Below are positions 39,195 to 48,196 of a stretch of 64,000 nucleotides of DNA, one piece after another (position 1 is the first letter of the stretch; every line of letters begins with the position of its first letter). The stretch is from Candidatus Latescibacterota bacterium. Its GTDB lineage: Bacteria; Latescibacterota; UBA2968; UBA8231. The position numbers were made by a program, and so were the translations under genes. The stretch covers positions 6,336,001 through 6,400,000 of the forward strand of contig OZ244561.1 of NCBI GenBank assembly GCA_965217585.1, given 5' to 3'. The notes under the pieces were generated by a model. That model was not told the origin of the DNA. It searched no databases and saw only the letters and a program-made list of their open reading frames with translations.

Positions 39195-40457
39195 ATGTAC
39201 ACCGCAGGCGAACTCACCCGGGTCCAACTCGCAGCCGGCGTCTATTTGCACTTGCATAGCATTAAGTTGTACAAGACGATCCGGGTGGACGTATGTATGA
39301 GCACACCCCTGTGTGCGCCGCGGCATTCGTTCGTGGCCCTGAGCAGCCGACTGCTGGCTCGGGGCACGCACAAGCTGCCCGATGTACAGAGCCTCAACCG
39401 CTTTATCGACGACCTCTACGGGGCGCATTACTCGGTTCAAGTCGATCGCTTAGGCGAGCATCAGTTCATTCACTTGTCTCTAGAGATCATAGACGACAAC
39501 TTCCTCGGGGAGAAAGGAATATTGGTACGTGGTTTGTCTTTCCTCCGCGATGTCCTCCGCGATGGCAGTGGATTCCAGCGCGATTATCTGGAGCGAGAAA
39601 AGTATCGCCTCATGCGGCAAATCACCGATGGCTTCAACGATAAGCTGGGCTACGCACAAAGGCGGTGCAGCGAAGAGATGTGCCGGGGCGAACCCATGGG
39701 TCTGTCGCCGCTGGGCAACCCCGCGGATTTTGCCTCCGTACGGACCGACGAGCTATGGGCTTTCCATCGCGAGCGAACGGCGGCCGACCGCCTAGACCTC
39801 TTCGTAAGCGGCGATCTGCACTTGGAGCAGATTCGGCCCTTGATGGAGTCGCTCTTTACTTGGGAGCGTGCCGCGAGCCAGCCCCAGCCCCAGCCGCCGC
39901 GCCCGCGCATTGCTGGGCCGCCGCGCGAGATTTTTGAATGCCAAGAGGTGCGAGAGGCGAAAATGGTGTTGGGTTATCGCACTCAAATTGCTTATGACGC
40001 AAACTACTATCCGGCTTTGGTACTCCTAAACCTGATGCTCGGCGGCGATGGCCCATCGCGGCTGTTTAAGCACCTCCGCGAAGAGGAGGGCTTGTGCTAC
40101 TACATCGCATCGCATATCGAGTCATTGAGCGGGTTGCTCTTCGTGGCCGCGGGTATTGAGGCCGCCGCGTACCCCGAGGTTCGGGATAGGGTAGAACAGC
40201 AGTTCCAAGCGCTGCGCGCCGGGGCTTTTGAACCCCGGGAAATCGAAGCAGCCCAGCGCTTGCTCAGGGCGCGGCTGTTGGGGCTGGCCGAAGATCGCGA
40301 GGGCTTTTTTCGCTATCAATTGCGGGAAGGGCTGATAGGAGGCGACCAGTCCCCGGAAGCGCTGTGGCAGCGCATCGAGCAAGTCGGCGTCGAGGAACTA
40401 ACTCATGTGGCCGGTGGTATCGCCGCGGACACGGCCTTTCTATTGCACGGGACGTGA
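39195..40457 (+). CDS. M16 peptidase family, inactive subunit (YmfF-like)
   Basis: Motifs LDDLYGA-like IDDLYGA and LGGDGPSRLFKHLREEEGLCYY. No HxxEH. Confidence 0.82.
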   Translation: MYTAGELTRVQLAAGVYLHLHSIKLYKTIRVDVCMSTPLCAPRHSFVALSSRLLARGTHKLPDVQSLNRFIDDLYGAHYSVQVDRLGEHQFIHLSLEIIDDNFLGEKGILVRGLSFLRDVLRDGSGFQRDYLEREKYRLMRQITDGFNDKLGYAQRRCSEEMCRGEPMGLSPLGNPADFASVRTDELWAFHRERTAADRLDLFVSGDLHLEQIRPLMESLFTWERAASQPQPQPPRPRIAGPPREIFECQEVREAKMVLGYRTQIAYDANYYPALVLLNLMLGGDGPSRLFKHLREEEGLCYYIASHIESLSGLLFVAAGIEAAAYPEVRDRVEQQFQALRAGAFEPREIEAAQRLLRARLLGLAEDREGFFRYQLREGLIGGDQSPEALWQRIEQVGVEELTHVAGGIAADTAFLLHGT

Positions 40458-40461
40458 GAGC

Positions 40462-41748
40462 GTGATCGCGGATGTGCTATTGGGGGAAGTCGTGTACCGC
40501 AGCCGCTTAGGAGGCGGCCTCGATGTATGGGCGGTGCCGCGGCCAGGCAGTCGGCAAAAAGCGGCGGTGTTGTACATAGACTACGGTTCGGTCGATCTAC
40601 ATGTACGCGCCAGCGACTCCGGGCAAGTACAGACCACACCTGCTGGAACCGCGCACTTTCTCGAACACCGCCTTTTTGCCAAACCCTACGGCGACATTAC
40701 CGAGCAAATCAACCGCCTCGGTGGCGATGTAAACGCCAGCACCAGTTTTACTTCAACCGTCTTTTCCCTGACGTGCATTGAGCATTTTGCCGCCCACCTA
40801 GGTTTGCTCTTCGAACTTGCGTTGGACTTGCACGTCCTGCCGGCTGGCGTCGCTCAGGAGCGCGAAATCATTGACCACGAGCTACAGATAAGCTGCGACG
40901 ACCCGGAATGGGTCGGGTTTTTGCGCGGCCTCGAGGGATTGTACCAGGATGTCCCCTTGGCGTGGGACATGGCCGGCACGCAGGAGAGCATCGGGCAGAT
41001 CGACGCGGCCACGCTAACCTGTTGTCACGAGGTCTTTTACCGGCCTGAATATATGGGGCTGTATTTGTGCGGGGATTTCGACGTCGAGGCCACTTGCGCG
41101 GCCGTCGAGTCCACCTTGCTAAAGTACCACCGGCCCCTCCCCGCATGGGACCGAGTGAAGCGGCCGGTGGTGTTGCCGGCTCCTCAGCCGCTCGGGGCCT
41201 TGGCACTGCCGGTCAGCCGGCCCTATACCTTGCTGTTTTTCGGCGACGACAAGACGGGCCGGTCGGGCCGCGACTTGCTCCTGCGGGAATTGGCCTTAGA
41301 ACTGGCTTTGGACATTGCCTTGGGGCCGGCAAGCGACTTTTTTGCCGCGCATTACGAAGATGGTCTGATCGACGGCGACGCCTTTGGGGCCGAGGTCTAT
41401 GCTGAGCCAACGTTCTGCTTTTGCACGGTGGGCGGATACACCCAGCAGAGCGAGCGATTGTGCGAGGAGATAGGTGCCGCATTGGTCGGCCTCGACGAGC
41501 GCGTTGTGGCCGCGGATCTGGGCCGCGCCAAGCGCAAGGCCTACGGCCTGCTGCTGCGCGCGTGGGAGCAAGCTGAGGATGTGGCCGATATGCTCTGCTC
41601 CGCCGCGGCTAGCGGGGCTGCGCCCAGTGTCTATTTTGACGTACACGAGCAGGTCGCGGTCGGCGACGTCCTCGAAGTGCTGGAGAGCTGCCTGTCGCCA
41701 GCGCACCTGAGCGCGATGCAGATTGTGTCCACGGGACGCGCGGAGTAA
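40462..41748 (+). CDS. M16 peptidase family, Zn-binding subunit (YmfH-like)
   Basis: Motifs YGSVD, PAGTAHFLEHRLF, NASTS and EREII..E. Confidence 0.88.
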   Translation: MIADVLLGEVVYRSRLGGGLDVWAVPRPGSRQKAAVLYIDYGSVDLHVRASDSGQVQTTPAGTAHFLEHRLFAKPYGDITEQINRLGGDVNASTSFTSTVFSLTCIEHFAAHLGLLFELALDLHVLPAGVAQEREIIDHELQISCDDPEWVGFLRGLEGLYQDVPLAWDMAGTQESIGQIDAATLTCCHEVFYRPEYMGLYLCGDFDVEATCAAVESTLLKYHRPLPAWDRVKRPVVLPAPQPLGALALPVSRPYTLLFFGDDKTGRSGRDLLLRELALELALDIALGPASDFFAAHYEDGLIDGDAFGAEVYAEPTFCFCTVGGYTQQSERLCEEIGAALVGLDERVVAADLGRAKRKAYGLLLRAWEQAEDVADMLCSAAASGAAPSVYFDVHEQVAVGDVLEVLESCLSPAHLSAMQIVSTGRAE

Positions 41749-42734
41749 TGGCCGACAAAATATATCGCTATTGGATCGCGGTGCCGAGCGGGTTGGAGGC
41801 GGTGGCACTCGACGAACTGCGCGAGCACGCGCCCGAGGTGCAGCAGGTCGAAGTCGAACCGGGCGGGCGCGTGGGCCAGATTTTCTTCACGTACAAACGC
41901 AGCCCGGGGCGGCTGCTACAGCTACGCTCGGCCGTGCAGTGTGCTGGTTTAATTGGCCAGATGCACGGTGTTACGGTAGGTCGCCCGGGCCTTGAATACA
42001 TCTGCAAACGCATCGCCCGCTGCGATCTGACGCCAGTCAAAAGCCTCGCGCAGGCCCAGTCCGCTGAGATTGACACCCATGCTTTTGCCCTGAGCGCGAC
42101 GCTGCGGGGTCGGTATCGGTTCAGCGCGGCCGAGCTGACCGCAGCCGTGACCGAGGTTTTGCGCGATAAGCACGGGTTGCGTCTAGGCAAAGGGCCACAT
42201 GTGTTGCGGCTTCACTTACAACTGACCGGGCGACGTGCCCTGTTGGGGCTGCGGCTGGGAACGGGCGCCGCGCCGAATGCGGCCGTGGCGTATTGCTTGG
42301 CCCGCTTGGTGGCCATGCAGCCGGGGGCATGCGTCCTGTGGGCGCGCCGCGATCTTGGCGAGTTGGCCGCGCTACAAGAGGCGTTTGCGCCGCGCCTGCT
42401 AGTAGGTGTCCGAGCACGCCTAATCGCCGCGCTGGATCATCTGCCTCTTGTGGGCGCGCGTCTCGATTACGCGTTCAGCTTGGCCGGAGAAAACCTCGCC
42501 GCTGAACTGGCCGAATTGGCGCGGGTGTTGCGAGCAGGCGGAATCGCCGTGATCCAAGTCGCCGATTTCGATCACTTCATCGCCCTTTTGGAAGCCGGGG
42601 ACTATCCTCTGGAAGTCTTGGCCGACTTGGAGATGCACGAGCGCGGGCGGGCGTATCGGCTGGTCGTTCTCGAACGTTTGGAAGAGGCCGAGCCTCGGCT
42701 CTTACAGGTGGAGCGGTGGAGTTGGGAAGCCTGA
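41748..42734 (+). CDS. THUMP-like RNA-binding protein with a degenerate methyltransferase-like C-terminus
   Basis: N-terminal PSGLEAVALDELRE is typical of THUMP methyltransferases. ELARVLRAGG tail. No Gly-rich SAM motif I. Confidence 0.55.
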   Translation: MADKIYRYWIAVPSGLEAVALDELREHAPEVQQVEVEPGGRVGQIFFTYKRSPGRLLQLRSAVQCAGLIGQMHGVTVGRPGLEYICKRIARCDLTPVKSLAQAQSAEIDTHAFALSATLRGRYRFSAAELTAAVTEVLRDKHGLRLGKGPHVLRLHLQLTGRRALLGLRLGTGAAPNAAVAYCLARLVAMQPGACVLWARRDLGELAALQEAFAPRLLVGVRARLIAALDHLPLVGARLDYAFSLAGENLAAELAELARVLRAGGIAVIQVADFDHFIALLEAGDYPLEVLADLEMHERGRAYRLVVLERLEEAEPRLLQVERWSWEA

Positions 42735-42765
42735 AGAGAATTCAGCTATTAGACAAGAGGAGTAG

Positions 42766-42854
42766 ATGATGCGCTTTTGTATATGAGCATCCTTTTTGTC
42801 TTCGTTTGCGGCAGGTTCAGCGGCTTGTCGGCTCGGACGATCACGGTCAGCTAG
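42766..42854 (+). pseudogene. Possible remnant of a secreted-protein gene 5' end
   Basis: RBS GAGGAG, then MMRF, a frameshift, and MSILFVFVCGRFSGLSARTITVS*, which reads like a signal peptide plus mature N-terminus. Confidence 0.3.
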
Positions 42855-42991
42855 GTCCTAATCGACAACATAGCCTTGATCCGATGAAGAACGTGGTAGG
42901 GACTCGCCATTATTGCGCATCGGTCGGGTTGGTCGGATATTCATTGAACTGAATACGCTTTTTTCAAGTTAACAGCTTCTGAGATGGACTC

Positions 42992-44281
42992 ATGTCGGTA
43001 CCTAGATCCGCAACAGCCTTCGCCCAAGCACAGCAGGTCATTCCCGGGGGCGTAAACAGTCCGGCCCGGGCTTTCGGCGCGGTGGGCGGTGGCCCTCGCT
43101 TTATCGACCGGGGGGCTGGTTCGCGGCTGTTTGATATCGATGGCCGCGAATACATCGACTACGTGTGCTCTTGGGGGCCGCTCATTTTCGGCCATGCTCA
43201 TCCCCGCGTTGTAAAGGCTGTGCAAGAAGTCTGCGCGAAGGGGACCAGTTTCGGTGCCCCGACCGAACTGGAAATCGCGCTGGCCGAACGTATCGTAGAG
43301 ATGGTGCCCTCCATCGAAATGGTGCGGATGGTGAGTTCGGGGACCGAGGCCACGATGGCGGCGGTGCGCTTGGCCCGCGGCCATACCGGCAGGGACAAAA
43401 TCGCCAAATTCGAAGGCTGCTGGCACGGGCATGGGGACAGCTTCTTGAGCGAGGCCGGGTCTTCGGCCCTGACCTTGGGGGTCCCCACGAGCCCAGGAGT
43501 GCCGCAAAGCGTAGTTGATTCGACCTTGACGCTGCCGTATAACGACGCAGACGCCGTGCGCACGGCCGCGCGGGAAAATAGCGGCCAAATAGCTGCCATC
43601 ATCGTCGAGCCGGTGGCCGGCAACATGGGGACCGTGCCCCCGCGCGAGGGGTTTCTCCCCGCGCTGCGCCAAATAGCCGACGAAGAGGGTATCGTCCTCA
43701 TTTTCGACGAGGTCATTACTGGGTTTCGCGTCGGCCCGGGCGGGGCGCAAGAGCGCTATGGCGTGATGCCCGACCTGACCTGCTTGGGCAAGATCGTCGG
43801 GGGCGGCTTGCCGGCCGCCGCGTACGGCGGCAAGCGGGAGATTATGGAAAACGTGTCGCCGCTGGGCATCAAGGTCTCGCAGGCCGGCACCTTATCGGGC
43901 AATCCCCTCGCTATGGCCGCGGGGTTGGAGCAATTGAACATGCTGTCCGAACCCGGAATTTACGAAACGCTAGAGAGTCGCTGCGCCGACTTGGCGGACG
44001 GCATGGCCGACAACCTGCAAAAACTGGGCTTGAACTACGCGCTAAACCGGGTCGGTGCCATGCTCTGCATGTTTTTTACCTCGTGCCCGGTGGTGGATTT
44101 TGCCAGCGTCGGCACGGTCGATATAGCGCGCTTTAAGCGCTACTTCTGGGCTTGCCTAGAGCGGGGTCTCTATCTGGCTCCTTCCCAATACGAATGCATG
44201 TTCCCCTCGCTCGTCCACGGGGAAGGGGATATCGAAGAAACCCTCCGCGTTCACTTTGATGCGCTCAAGGTCGTTCATTGA
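42992..44281 (+). CDS. hemL: Glutamate-1-semialdehyde 2,1-aminomutase
   Basis: Motifs [39 protein letters not shown] and QAGTLSGNP. Confidence 0.96.
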   Translation: MSVPRSATAFAQAQQVIPGGVNSPARAFGAVGGGPRFIDRGAGSRLFDIDGREYIDYVCSWGPLIFGHAHPRVVKAVQEVCAKGTSFGAPTELEIALAERIVEMVPSIEMVRMVSSGTEATMAAVRLARGHTGRDKIAKFEGCWHGHGDSFLSEAGSSALTLGVPTSPGVPQSVVDSTLTLPYNDADAVRTAARENSGQIAAIIVEPVAGNMGTVPPREGFLPALRQIADEEGIVLIFDEVITGFRVGPGGAQERYGVMPDLTCLGKIVGGGLPAAAYGGKREIMENVSPLGIKVSQAGTLSGNPLAMAAGLEQLNMLSEPGIYETLESRCADLADGMADNLQKLGLNYALNRVGAMLCMFFTSCPVVDFASVGTVDIARFKRYFWACLERGLYLAPSQYECMFPSLVHGEGDIEETLRVHFDALKVVH

Positions 44282-44715
44282 GCACGGTGAATCCCAATAG
44301 GCTGTGGATGCTCGCCTGTATAGTCGTCTGGGCCGGGGGGTGCGCCGACGACGGTATCCGAGAAGACGAACGAGCCCCCGAACCCGAACCCGCTAGCCGC
44401 CGCGAGATAGTCGTCTTAACTCCGGCCGATTCTGTGGCCGCCCCAGCCGATACCAGCGATACCAGCCCGGTATTTTTTGATCCCGAAGGCCAATTCACCG
44501 TTCAAGTCGGCGTCTATCGGGACGCGAAACGAGCTGATCAGAAGGTGCGCGAATTAAAGGACGAGGGCTATCCGGCCTATAGCGTGCAGAGCGATGCCGG
44601 CGTGCGGGTGCGGATCGGCTATTTCGCCAATCACGCCGACGCCGACCGCTTCGGCCGCATTTTTGCCAAGGATCGCGGTGTCGAGTATTGGATAGACCGG
44701 CGCGCCGATGAATAA
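44278..44715 (+). CDS. SPOR domain lipoprotein
   Basis: Lipobox-like AGGC, FTVQVGVY and RVRIGYF. Confidence 0.8.
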   Translation: MSTVNPNRLWMLACIVVWAGGCADDGIREDERAPEPEPASRREIVVLTPADSVAAPADTSDTSPVFFDPEGQFTVQVGVYRDAKRADQKVRELKDEGYPAYSVQSDAGVRVRIGYFANHADADRFGRIFAKDRGVEYWIDRRADE

Positions 44716-45118
44716 AACTCGCGTACTGTGCTGCGGCACTTTTGATTACCTGCACCCGGGCCACCGCTCCTTTATCACGCAGGCGGCTGCGCTGGGCGAC
44801 GAACTGTTCGTCGTGGTCGCCCGCGACGAGAATGTCCGGCGCATCAAGGGGTACTATCCCGACCAATCCCAAGAGGAGCGCAAAGCCGCTATAGAGAAGC
44901 TGCCCGAGGTCCCCGAAGTCCGCCTCGGCCACGAGGGAAGTAATTTTTTGCGCATCGTCGGCGAGATCGCGCCCCACATTATTGCCCTCGGCTACGACCA
45001 AAGGAGGCCAGCGGGCTTGGCCGAAGCCTTCCCTCAGTGCGAGATCGTCGTTCTCCAACCTCATCGCCCCGAACAGTTTAAATCATCTCTCTTCCGGCGT
45101 CAGGAAGGCCGCGCTTGA
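44708..45118 (+). CDS. Cytidylyltransferase-family protein, FAD synthetase RibL-like
   Basis: Motifs GTFDYLHPGH, VVVARD, IALGYDQ and KSS. Confidence 0.8.
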   Translation: MNKTRVLCCGTFDYLHPGHRSFITQAAALGDELFVVVARDENVRRIKGYYPDQSQEERKAAIEKLPEVPEVRLGHEGSNFLRIVGEIAPHIIALGYDQRRPAGLAEAFPQCEIVVLQPHRPEQFKSSLFRRQEGRA

Positions 45119-45708
45119 ATCCCTTGCCCCAACTCATCCTCTGGTATGGGCGCGAAGCGGCTCCGGCCTCGCCAGAGATGGCCGGGTGCCGACTGCGGAC
45201 GTATCGGCCAGGCGACGAGGAGGGTTGGTTGGCCTTATTGCAGGCCAACGGCGAATTGGGCCGTTGGGACCGACAACGGCTAGAGGACGTACTGGAAGAA
45301 ACCCGAGTCCAGCTCTTTGTCGAGTGCGAGGGGCAGATCGTCTCCTGTACGGGTTGTAACTACCGTACCCCCTTCCACCGCTCAGGCGTCCCGTTGAGCC
45401 CGACGGGAACCCGCGAGTTGCGGCAGTGTTGGGAAATCGGTTGGGTTGCGGTCCACCCGGACTTTCAAGGGCGCGGCTTAGGCAAGTTCATTGTCGGGGC
45501 GGCCGTGGCTCAAGCCAAAGAGCTAGGTCCGTGGCCCATATATTTGCGTACCGACGACTTCCGCATTCCGGCCCTGCGCTGTTACCTCAAGCTGGGCTTC
45601 GCGCCCAATAACAGCCATCCATCCTACCCGCGTCGGTGGGCCGACATCTTTGCCCGTTTGGGGGCGGATTATCAGGCCCTAAAACCCGAGTTCGTCTCCT
45701 CAGCCTAG
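45115..45708 (+). CDS. GNAT family N-acetyltransferase
   Basis: Motifs VAVHPDFQGRGLG and TDDFRIPALRCYLKLGF. Confidence 0.88.
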   Translation: MNPLPQLILWYGREAAPASPEMAGCRLRTYRPGDEEGWLALLQANGELGRWDRQRLEDVLEETRVQLFVECEGQIVSCTGCNYRTPFHRSGVPLSPTGTRELRQCWEIGWVAVHPDFQGRGLGKFIVGAAVAQAKELGPWPIYLRTDDFRIPALRCYLKLGFAPNNSHPSYPRRWADIFARLGADYQALKPEFVSSA

Positions 45709-45801
45709 TGGAGTTTTTCTTCTCTGTAGTCTATCTTGTCGGTAGTAGGTCCCCTACCTGCCTAGGCCAACGTTGACGGCTCCTATTACGTTGGCCGGAC
45801 T

Positions 45802-47391
45802 GTGGAGCAACCCATGATACAGATGGACCCCAGAGCAGGGCAGACGGCTAGGCGCAAACTGCCCATCGGCATTCAGACCTTTCGCGAGATCCGCGAGGAC
45901 CACTGCTACTACGTCGATAAGACCGCCTACATCGGGCGGTTGGTCGCCGAGGGCAAGCACTACTTCCTGTCGCGCCCGCGGCGGTTTGGCAAGAGCCTGT
46001 TTCTCGATACCCTGAAGGAGTTGTTCGAGGGTAACGAGCCGCTGTTTGAGGGGCTGGCCATCCACGATCAGTGGGACTGGTCGGTTGTCCATCCGGTGCT
46101 GCGGCTCGACTTTAGCAGCGGCAATTTCAAGGAGCCGGGCGATCTACACAAGGACGTGATGGAGCAGTTGGACGCCATAGAGAGCGAGGTTTCGGTCCGG
46201 TCCAGCTACGACACGGCCCGGGGGCGTTTCCGGCATTTGATTCAGATGCTGCATCAACAGATCGGCCAGCGGGTGGTGGTGCTGATTGACGAGTACGACA
46301 AGCCGATTCTCGACGCGCTAGAGATGCCGGAGGTAGCCCGGGCTAACCGCGACTACCTGCGTGGGCTGTATTCAACCATCAAGTTTGGCGACGCCCACCT
46401 CAAGTTCAGCTTCCTCACCGGCGTGAGCAAGTTTTCCAAAGTCAGTCTATTCTCCGGCCTCAACAATCTCAAAGACATTACCTTGGACCCGCGCTACTCG
46501 GCCGTCTGCGGCTATACCGAGGCGGACTTAGACGCGGTGTTCGCCCCAGAATTGTCCGGCTTGGATCGAGAGGAAGTCCAGCGCTGGTACAACGGCTACA
46601 ACTGGCTGGGCGAGGAAGCCGTGTACAACCCCTTCGACGTCCTGCTGCTGTTCGACCGCCGCCAGTTCGGGGCCTACTGGTTTGAGACGGGTACGCCGAC
46701 GTTTCTGCTCGAGACATTGCTGGCGCGTGGGATCAGTTCTCTGGCCTTAGACGACATGCTCGGCAGCGAGGAGTTGCTGTCGGCGTTTGACGTGGATCAC
46801 ATTGCGACCGAGGCCCTGCTGTTTCAGACCGGCTACCTGACCATTCGCCGCACCGAACCGCGCGGCGGGCGGATGTATTATCGGCTGGGCTACCCGAACC
46901 GGGAGGTGCAGCAAAGCCTGAATGAGAGCCTGCTGAACCACCTGACGGGCAATCCCTCGCGTCAGGCCGAGCATAGCGCTCGGCTGTACGACCTGCTGCT
47001 GGTCAACGACTTCGACGGCTTGAAAACGCTATTCGAGGCGTTCTTTGCCAGCATTCCGTATCAGTGGCACACCAACAACGAGATTGCCAACTACGAGGGC
47101 TATTACGCCAGCGTGTTTTACTCCTACTTCGCATCGCTGGGGCTGACGATCACGGTGGAGGACAGCAGCCAAGCGGGTCGCTTGGACATGGCGGTGGAGT
47201 TTAATGGGAACGTGTATCTGTTTGAATTTAAGGTGGTGGAACAGGCATCGGTGGGGGCGGCGCTGCGGCAGTTACACGAGCGGGACTACGCGGCCAAGTA
47301 TCGCGGTCGCGGTGAAGCGATTTTCCTAATTGGGGTGGAGTTCAGTCGAGAGACGCGCAACGTGGCCGCCTTTGAGGTGGAACGGGCGTGA
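45802..47391 (+). CDS. AAA-ATPase-like domain + C-terminal PD-(D/E)XK nuclease (PDDEXK_9-like)
   Basis: Motifs LPIGIQTF, YYVDKT, SRPRRFGKSL, LIDEYDKP and GRLDM...FEFK. The true start may be 45814 or 45823. Confidence 0.92.
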   Translation: MEQPMIQMDPRAGQTARRKLPIGIQTFREIREDHCYYVDKTAYIGRLVAEGKHYFLSRPRRFGKSLFLDTLKELFEGNEPLFEGLAIHDQWDWSVVHPVLRLDFSSGNFKEPGDLHKDVMEQLDAIESEVSVRSSYDTARGRFRHLIQMLHQQIGQRVVVLIDEYDKPILDALEMPEVARANRDYLRGLYSTIKFGDAHLKFSFLTGVSKFSKVSLFSGLNNLKDITLDPRYSAVCGYTEADLDAVFAPELSGLDREEVQRWYNGYNWLGEEAVYNPFDVLLLFDRRQFGAYWFETGTPTFLLETLLARGISSLALDDMLGSEELLSAFDVDHIATEALLFQTGYLTIRRTEPRGGRMYYRLGYPNREVQQSLNESLLNHLTGNPSRQAEHSARLYDLLLVNDFDGLKTLFEAFFASIPYQWHTNNEIANYEGYYASVFYSYFASLGLTITVEDSSQAGRLDMAVEFNGNVYLFEFKVVEQASVGAALRQLHERDYAAKYRGRGEAIFLIGVEFSRETRNVAAFEVERA

Positions 47392-47404
47392 ATTTCTGAC
47401 CTCG

Positions 47405-47740
47405 TTATCCGTTTAATTCTTCCATCACCGCTTTTGTTATCCGCTTAGCGAGTCTGATCTCCTCCAGCTTTTTTGTCGATAGGTACAGGTAAAATTCTTG
47501 CAATTCTCTGCCCTTTTCCGTTTGCATTTCTTCTTCATATCCTATCAAGTCCACTAACTGCGTCCGCAACGCTTTTGCAATTTTATAAAGTGTTTCTAGG
47601 CTCGGCGTTGCCCTCCGGCCCTCGATCTTCCTGATCCCGTCCACGCTAAGTCCTGCCAGTTCGGCCAGCTTCTCTTGGGTTATCCCTGCCTGCCGGCGCA
47701 ACTGCTGTACCCTGTAGCAGACTTCATTCCTGACATCCAT
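47405..47740 (-). CDS. XRE/Cro-C1 helix-turn-helix regulator
   Basis: LRRQAGITQEKLAELAGLS...IE...PSLETLYKIAKAL. RBS GGAGA before ATG 47740. Low GC. Confidence 0.88.
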   Translation of the reverse strand: MDVRNEVCYRVQQLRRQAGITQEKLAELAGLSVDGIRKIEGRRATPSLETLYKIAKALRTQLVDLIGYEEEMQTEKGRELQEFYLYLSTKKLEEIRLAKRITKAVMEELNG

Positions 47741-48196
47741 ACCAGTCTCCCCGTCAAGCTCCACTTCCCCTCAAGCAACCAATTATTTTCTAAATTGTTG
47801 TATTTATTGGATTAAAGACAGGTATTATAAGGCATGTTATTATATTACTTATTGACTTCTATACATGTTTTCTTTATTCATTTACGACTAAAAGGCATTT
47901 TCGCCGGCCAGACCCCCTCGATCTTAGATGCTTTGAACCGAGTGAGAGACCGCAACCCTATTATTAAGACGCCTCTTGGAAAGGAGAGTTGATAGCCGAA
48001 CAGAATCAGTCACAGTCAATTCGCAGTCCGACAACTCTGGCCTTTTGGATCGGAGTTATTTCATACATCAATATCAGTAAAGAATACCACTGCTTTCGTC
48101 GCCTGTTTCGGTAATCAGTTGAAATGGGCAATCACACCGCCAAAGGGTGGTTACTTGAAAATCACTTTATTGGCAAGACTTAGAGGAGGCCTACTT

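Noticed and set aside
42766-42786. Early TGA after MMRFCI as a selenocysteine codon
   Set aside because: No redox motif or recognisable SECIS, and the readthrough product is short and featureless.
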